The translations under genes were made by a program, and so were the position numbers. 64,000 nt of DNA from an uncultured Chloroflexia bacterium (GTDB lineage Bacteria; Chloroflexota; Anaerolineae; CG2-30-64-16), in NCBI GenBank assembly GCA_963774265.1, contig CAVZDU010000002.1, positions 672,001-736,000 of the forward strand, given 5' to 3'. Below the pieces are notes generated by a model. It made no database searches, was not told the origin of the DNA, and saw only the letters and a program-made list of their open reading frames with translations. This document shows, one piece after another, positions 60,272 through 64,000 of the stretch; the stretch's first letter is position 1; every line of letters starts with the position of its first letter.

Positions 60272-61846
60272 TCAGGGCAGGCCGAAGGCGTACAGCTTGT
60301 TGTTCGGCGTACCGAAGCCGAAGTTGCTGTAGCCCGAGCCCCAGAAGACCGTCCCGTTGGAGATGGCCGCGCCCGACAGGCACGAGCCGCCGCTGGCGAA
60401 GCTCCACAACACCTGGCCGGTCGCCGCGTCGAGGGCGTACATGTAGCCCTGGGCGTCCAGCGAGCAGCCGAACACCACGCCGTTGGCCGTGGTGACCGGG
60501 CCGGAGGTGCTGCCGCCGTTCGGCGGCCTCGTCTGCCAGAGCACTGCGCCGGTCACGGCATCCAGGCCGCTCCAGACCCCGCTGGTGGCTCCGCTGGGCG
60601 CCGGCCAAGGGACCAGGTTACTGTTGGCGTTGGCCGTGTAGACGCGCTGGCCGTCGACGGCCGAGCCCCACTGCAGGCCGCCGGCCGTGCCGCCGGGGCC
60701 GGCCTGGGTAACCCACTGCACCGCGCCCGTGTCGGGGTCGAGGGCCCAGTACTGGCCGCTCTTCTGCCCTGCGCCCACCAGGTCATGGGGCTTGCCCGTA
60801 CCATCGGTCTTTACGCTGAACAACGCCGGCGCCTGGCCGAAGTCGTAGTCGGGACCGGCCGGAACGGGGCAGAGGTCACCGTCGCCAAAGAAGGGGATGC
60901 AGTCAACAGTCCAGGCATCGTAGGGGATGGCCCGCGTAGACCACCGGACAGCCCCGGTCACCAGGTCGAGCGCCATGATACTGTCGAAGTAATCGTTGGC
61001 AGGGAGGCAGGCGGCGACCGAAGTTGGGTCAGATGCAGCTGCAGTCACACAATCGAGAACTGTCTGGGGCACCGAGTAATTGTTGCCGGTGGCGACATAG
61101 ACCTGGCCGCGCTTGGGGTCGATGGCCGGGCTGCTGCCCCACACAGCGTTGCCGGTGTAGCCGGCCGGCGTTGTGTAGGTCTTCCACAGGATGGCCCCGG
61201 TGTCCAGGTCGAGCGCGAGCATACTGCCGCGGAACGACAACTGGTAGCCGGTGACGAAGGCGGCCAACGCCTCTTCCTGGGATGCCACGCCGACATAGAC
61301 CCGATTGCCGAACACGGTGGCCGACTGGGTGATGATGGCCGACGGATTGTCATCGGCCGTGGTGCTCCACATCAGCGCACCGGTGTTCTTGTTGAAGGCG
61401 AGCACCTTCCCGCCAGAACCTCCGCCGCTCAGGATCGAGCCCTGGGTGCCGATGATCACCTTGTCGCCGGCCAGGGCGGGTGTGGCCCGGGCTTTGTCGA
61501 GTGGCACACCGCTGGCCGCGGCAATGCTGACCTTCCACACCTGTTGGCCGGTCTTCCTGTCGATGGCGTACAGGTTGCCGGCCCAGTCGGGCACGTATAC
61601 CTTGGCGCCGTCGACGGCCGGCGTGGCCGATACGTCACCGCCCGTCGTGAACGCCCACTTTGCGACGAGAGCGTCGACGTTCGATTGGTTGATCTTGCTT
61701 TCCGATTTCTGATAGCGCGTGTTCTGCAGGTCATTGCCTGCAGAAGGCCAACCGCCGCCAGCATCGGCAAACACGGTGCTGGAGATGAGCAGGATTGCCA
61801 TCAGGGCGCCCGCCAGGGCAGCCGGGAATTTCCCGAACCGTTGCAT
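60272..61846 (-). CDS. Secreted PQQ-binding beta-propeller protein (PVA dehydrogenase-like)
   Basis: Signal peptide; A-x-D-x-x-TG-x-x-x-W repeats; FRGSM, GNAVWGSS, TGNNY, DYDFG, GQKSG. Confidence 0.88.
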   Translation of the reverse strand: MQRFGKFPAALAGALMAILLISSTVFADAGGGWPSAGNDLQNTRYQKSESKINQSNVDALVAKWAFTTGGDVSATPAVDGAKVYVPDWAGNLYAIDRKTGQQVWKVSIAAASGVPLDKARATPALAGDKVIIGTQGSILSGGGSGGKVLAFNKNTGALMWSTTADDNPSAIITQSATVFGNRVYVGVASQEEALAAFVTGYQLSFRGSMLALDLDTGAILWKTYTTPAGYTGNAVWGSSPAIDPKRGQVYVATGNNYSVPQTVLDCVTAAASDPTSVAACLPANDYFDSIMALDLVTGAVRWSTRAIPYDAWTVDCIPFFGDGDLCPVPAGPDYDFGQAPALFSVKTDGTGKPHDLVGAGQKSGQYWALDPDTGAVQWVTQAGPGGTAGGLQWGSAVDGQRVYTANANSNLVPWPAPSGATSGVWSGLDAVTGAVLWQTRPPNGGSTSGPVTTANGVVFGCSLDAQGYMYALDAATGQVLWSFASGGSCLSGAAISNGTVFWGSGYSNFGFGTPNNKLYAFGLP

Positions 61847-62134
61847 CTGAATTTCTCCTGTGATCTAATCCGGGTCTAGTCGCAGATCCTAGGCCAGAGC
61901 CAAAGCAGGGGTTTAGGAAGAGGTCGTGAGTTGATACAAATACCGCACATTCAACTCACAATTATACTAACCCACCGAGGGTTGAGGGGCTGTAACAAAG
62001 GCTCCCGTGTTCAGTCCCCACGGGCCAGTGAACCTACAGGGCGATCCGCGGGCGTCATCAGTGCGCCGGAAGCGCCTGGCCTGACCCGCGCTGCACGAGG
62101 GCAATGCCGGGGGCACGGGCCGCGCGTCACACGC

Positions 62135-64000
62135 TCAGTTGAGGCCGAGCGCGGGGCCGACCTTGGGAACGCTGCCCGCGCCCGTGGTGGCCAGCTGGGT
62201 CCCGGCCTGGATGCCGAAGCCCCACAGGATGGCGGTGATGTAGTGGGTCAGGCTGCCGAAGGTGGGGTTCGCCAGGTAGAGCGCAGACAACCCGCTGATC
62301 GTCGCGATGAACAGCGCGATCCAGAAGACCAGGCGATCTCTCCCGCGGATCAGGTCGTCCCACTCCTGGCTGCTCTGCGGCTCCGCGCCGAACCACCCGG
62401 GCGCGGCCGCGATCGCATCAGTCCCCGCCACGCTGAGCGCGCCCGCCTCAACACCCGCACCCGGCGCCGGGGCCGCCGCGCTCGGGCCGCTGCCGGCATC
62501 ATGCGCGGCTGCGACCATGGATTCGAAGCCCGGCGCCTCCCCCTTGCGCGTGCCGGTGTAGATCTTGTCGAAGGCCCCCAACAGCTGCGCATACGCGCCC
62601 CGCGCACGGTGTATCCGCCGCTCAGCCTGCAGCAGCAACTCTTCATCACGATCGCCGGGGGCATTGAGCTTGCCCAGGAGGTCCTGGCTCTCCCCCAGGT
62701 TGGATTCGACAACCTTCAGCTGCTCCGGGATCCGCGCTTGCCATTCGTCCGAGTCGATCTTGAAGCCTGCGGGGGCAGGCTGTCCGCGCAAGGCGTGCAG
62801 GACCGCATACGCGGCGCTCAACCACTTGTGCTGTAGGCCGGCGAATTGCACCCTGGCCGTGCGGTAGGCAGCCTGCAGATCGCCGGGAGGGACGCCCTCC
62901 GGCAGGGTTTTCGCGATGTCCGCCACCCGCGCAGGGACATCAATCGGGCCCACCTGCGCCCCCCAGGGGATGTCGAGATCCGGCGCGGCGAGGAATGCGG
63001 GCTGCGTGGCCTGGCTCGCAAACGCGGCCATCTGGGTCTTCAAGACCGCGATCTGGACCCCCAGGAAGTCTTCCTGCGCGCTTTTGTAGAATTCCAGCGC
63101 GTCTTTGACATTCTCGCTCTTCCAGGCTGCCTCAGCCTTGTTTAGGCTATCACGAAGAGCGGGCTTCCGGGCGATCGCAGCCTCCCACTGGTCCGGCGCC
63201 ATACCCTCGGGGTGCCCCAGCGGACTGGCCAGCACGGCCAACTGTCGGATGCTCGCGGCCAGGAAAGCGTTGTTCGCGCGGTTCCACGATGCGAGCGCAG
63301 CGTCGATGGCCCCGCTCTTGAGATTCCCGCGGCCATCGTCCAGGTCGCGGTGCAATTCGGCGAGCAGGTCATCCACCCTCTGCGATTGCCCCTCCGGCGC
63401 CGCGGCCCGGCTGGCCTGCAGCTGGCCGGCGGCCCCCTGCAGCAGGTCGATCCGCAGCCGGACATACGCCTCTTTCAGCGCTCGCAGCCGGTCCATGAGC
63501 GCATCCCACTGGCTGGCATCGGCCGCAGCGCTTTCGATCTCCGCCGCCTTACGCTTCAGCTCGCTGGCCTCGGCGCGCACCCGGGGCCGGTCCGCACTTT
63601 GCTCGATGAGCGCCTGCAGCTCAGCCACCAGGTTCTGCGCGGGGAGCACGATCGCCTCCTCACGGATCGTCTTGACGAAGTTTTCGAGGCTCGTCACCGC
63701 GGTCGCCACCTGCTCCAGCGGGCCCTCGTTCTCCAGCATCCGCCTCAGGTTCTGCAACTGGTCGCCGATCTCCAGCCGCCGCTTGTCGGCCACCTGCTTC
63801 AAATCCGCCGGATAGGCGGGATACGCGAGGAGCACGCGCAAGGCCTGGTCATGGGCCAGGCGGGCCCGGCCGTAGTGCCCGTTCCGGCTCTGGATGTCTC
63901 GGAGCCGTGCCTGGCCATCCGTCAGCGCGAGCCTTTGATCCCGGAGCTCCTGATCCAGGGTCTTCAGGTTAGCGAGGAACACCCCCCAGGCGGCATCCGC
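62135..64000 (-). CDS. Large coiled-coil protein with C-terminal two-TM module (5' end outside window)
   Basis: Frame open to window edge, long heptad-rich helices, LYLANPTFGSLTHYITAILWGFG tail. Confidence 0.75.
   Translation of the reverse strand, partial: ADAAWGVFLANLKTLDQELRDQRLALTDGQARLRDIQSRNGHYGRARLAHDQALRVLLAYPAYPADLKQVADKRRLEIGDQLQNLRRMLENEGPLEQVATAVTSLENFVKTIREEAIVLPAQNLVAELQALIEQSADRPRVRAEASELKRKAAEIESAAADASQWDALMDRLRALKEAYVRLRIDLLQGAAGQLQASRAAAPEGQSQRVDDLLAELHRDLDDGRGNLKSGAIDAALASWNRANNAFLAASIRQLAVLASPLGHPEGMAPDQWEAAIARKPALRDSLNKAEAAWKSENVKDALEFYKSAQEDFLGVQIAVLKTQMAAFASQATQPAFLAAPDLDIPWGAQVGPIDVPARVADIAKTLPEGVPPGDLQAAYRTARVQFAGLQHKWLSAAYAVLHALRGQPAPAGFKIDSDEWQARIPEQLKVVESNLGESQDLLGKLNAPGDRDEELLLQAERRIHRARGAYAQLLGAFDKIYTGTRKGEAPGFESMVAAAHDAGSGPSAAAPAPGAGVEAGALSVAGTDAIAAAPGWFGAEPQSSQEWDDLIRGRDRLVFWIALFIATISGLSALYLANPTFGSLTHYITAILWGFGIQAGTQLATTGAGSVPKVGPALGLN

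Overview
Mosaic, GC-variable accessory region. It most likely comes from a Chloroflexota (Anaerolineae/Caldilineae-like) genome, inferred from C-terminal YLPLV tails and Ala/Pro/Thr-rich lipoprotein linkers. Many single-base frameshifts look like long-read errors. From left to right: (1) the 3' end of a tyrosine recombinase, a cassette-like gene with an attC-like site, and a B12-binding radical SAM gene bracketed by duplicated metE-like remnants; (2) a marR-hgcA-hgcB operon (mercury methylation) headed by a Cys-pair-rich MarR with a palindromic operator; (3) secreted-protein genes, one split by an IS5, preceded by three copies of a shared promoter/leader module; (4) a TetR operon and an ISAs1 nested in an IS1202/ISNCY element; (5) a sugar ABC operon whose binding protein is a near-identical tandem duplication; (6) a GntR-linked larA/epimerase/ABC/mttB/EamA/UroD-like catabolic cluster; (7) a type I RM locus (hsdM-hsdS-...-hsdR-ygjP). 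Between hsdS and hsdR it carries a pentapeptide-TIR-like gene, a DUF4062-prenyltransferase-repeat fusion and a 16-bp inverted-repeat-bounded cassette. (8) IS remnants, a PIN toxin-antitoxin pair, a MalT-like regulator cluster and a PQQ-propeller protein. The best candidates for undescribed biology are the RM-embedded two-gene putative defence module with its possible invertible switch, the MarR-regulated hgcAB, and the thrice-repeated promoter module. All family calls are by motif recognition only; no searches were run.
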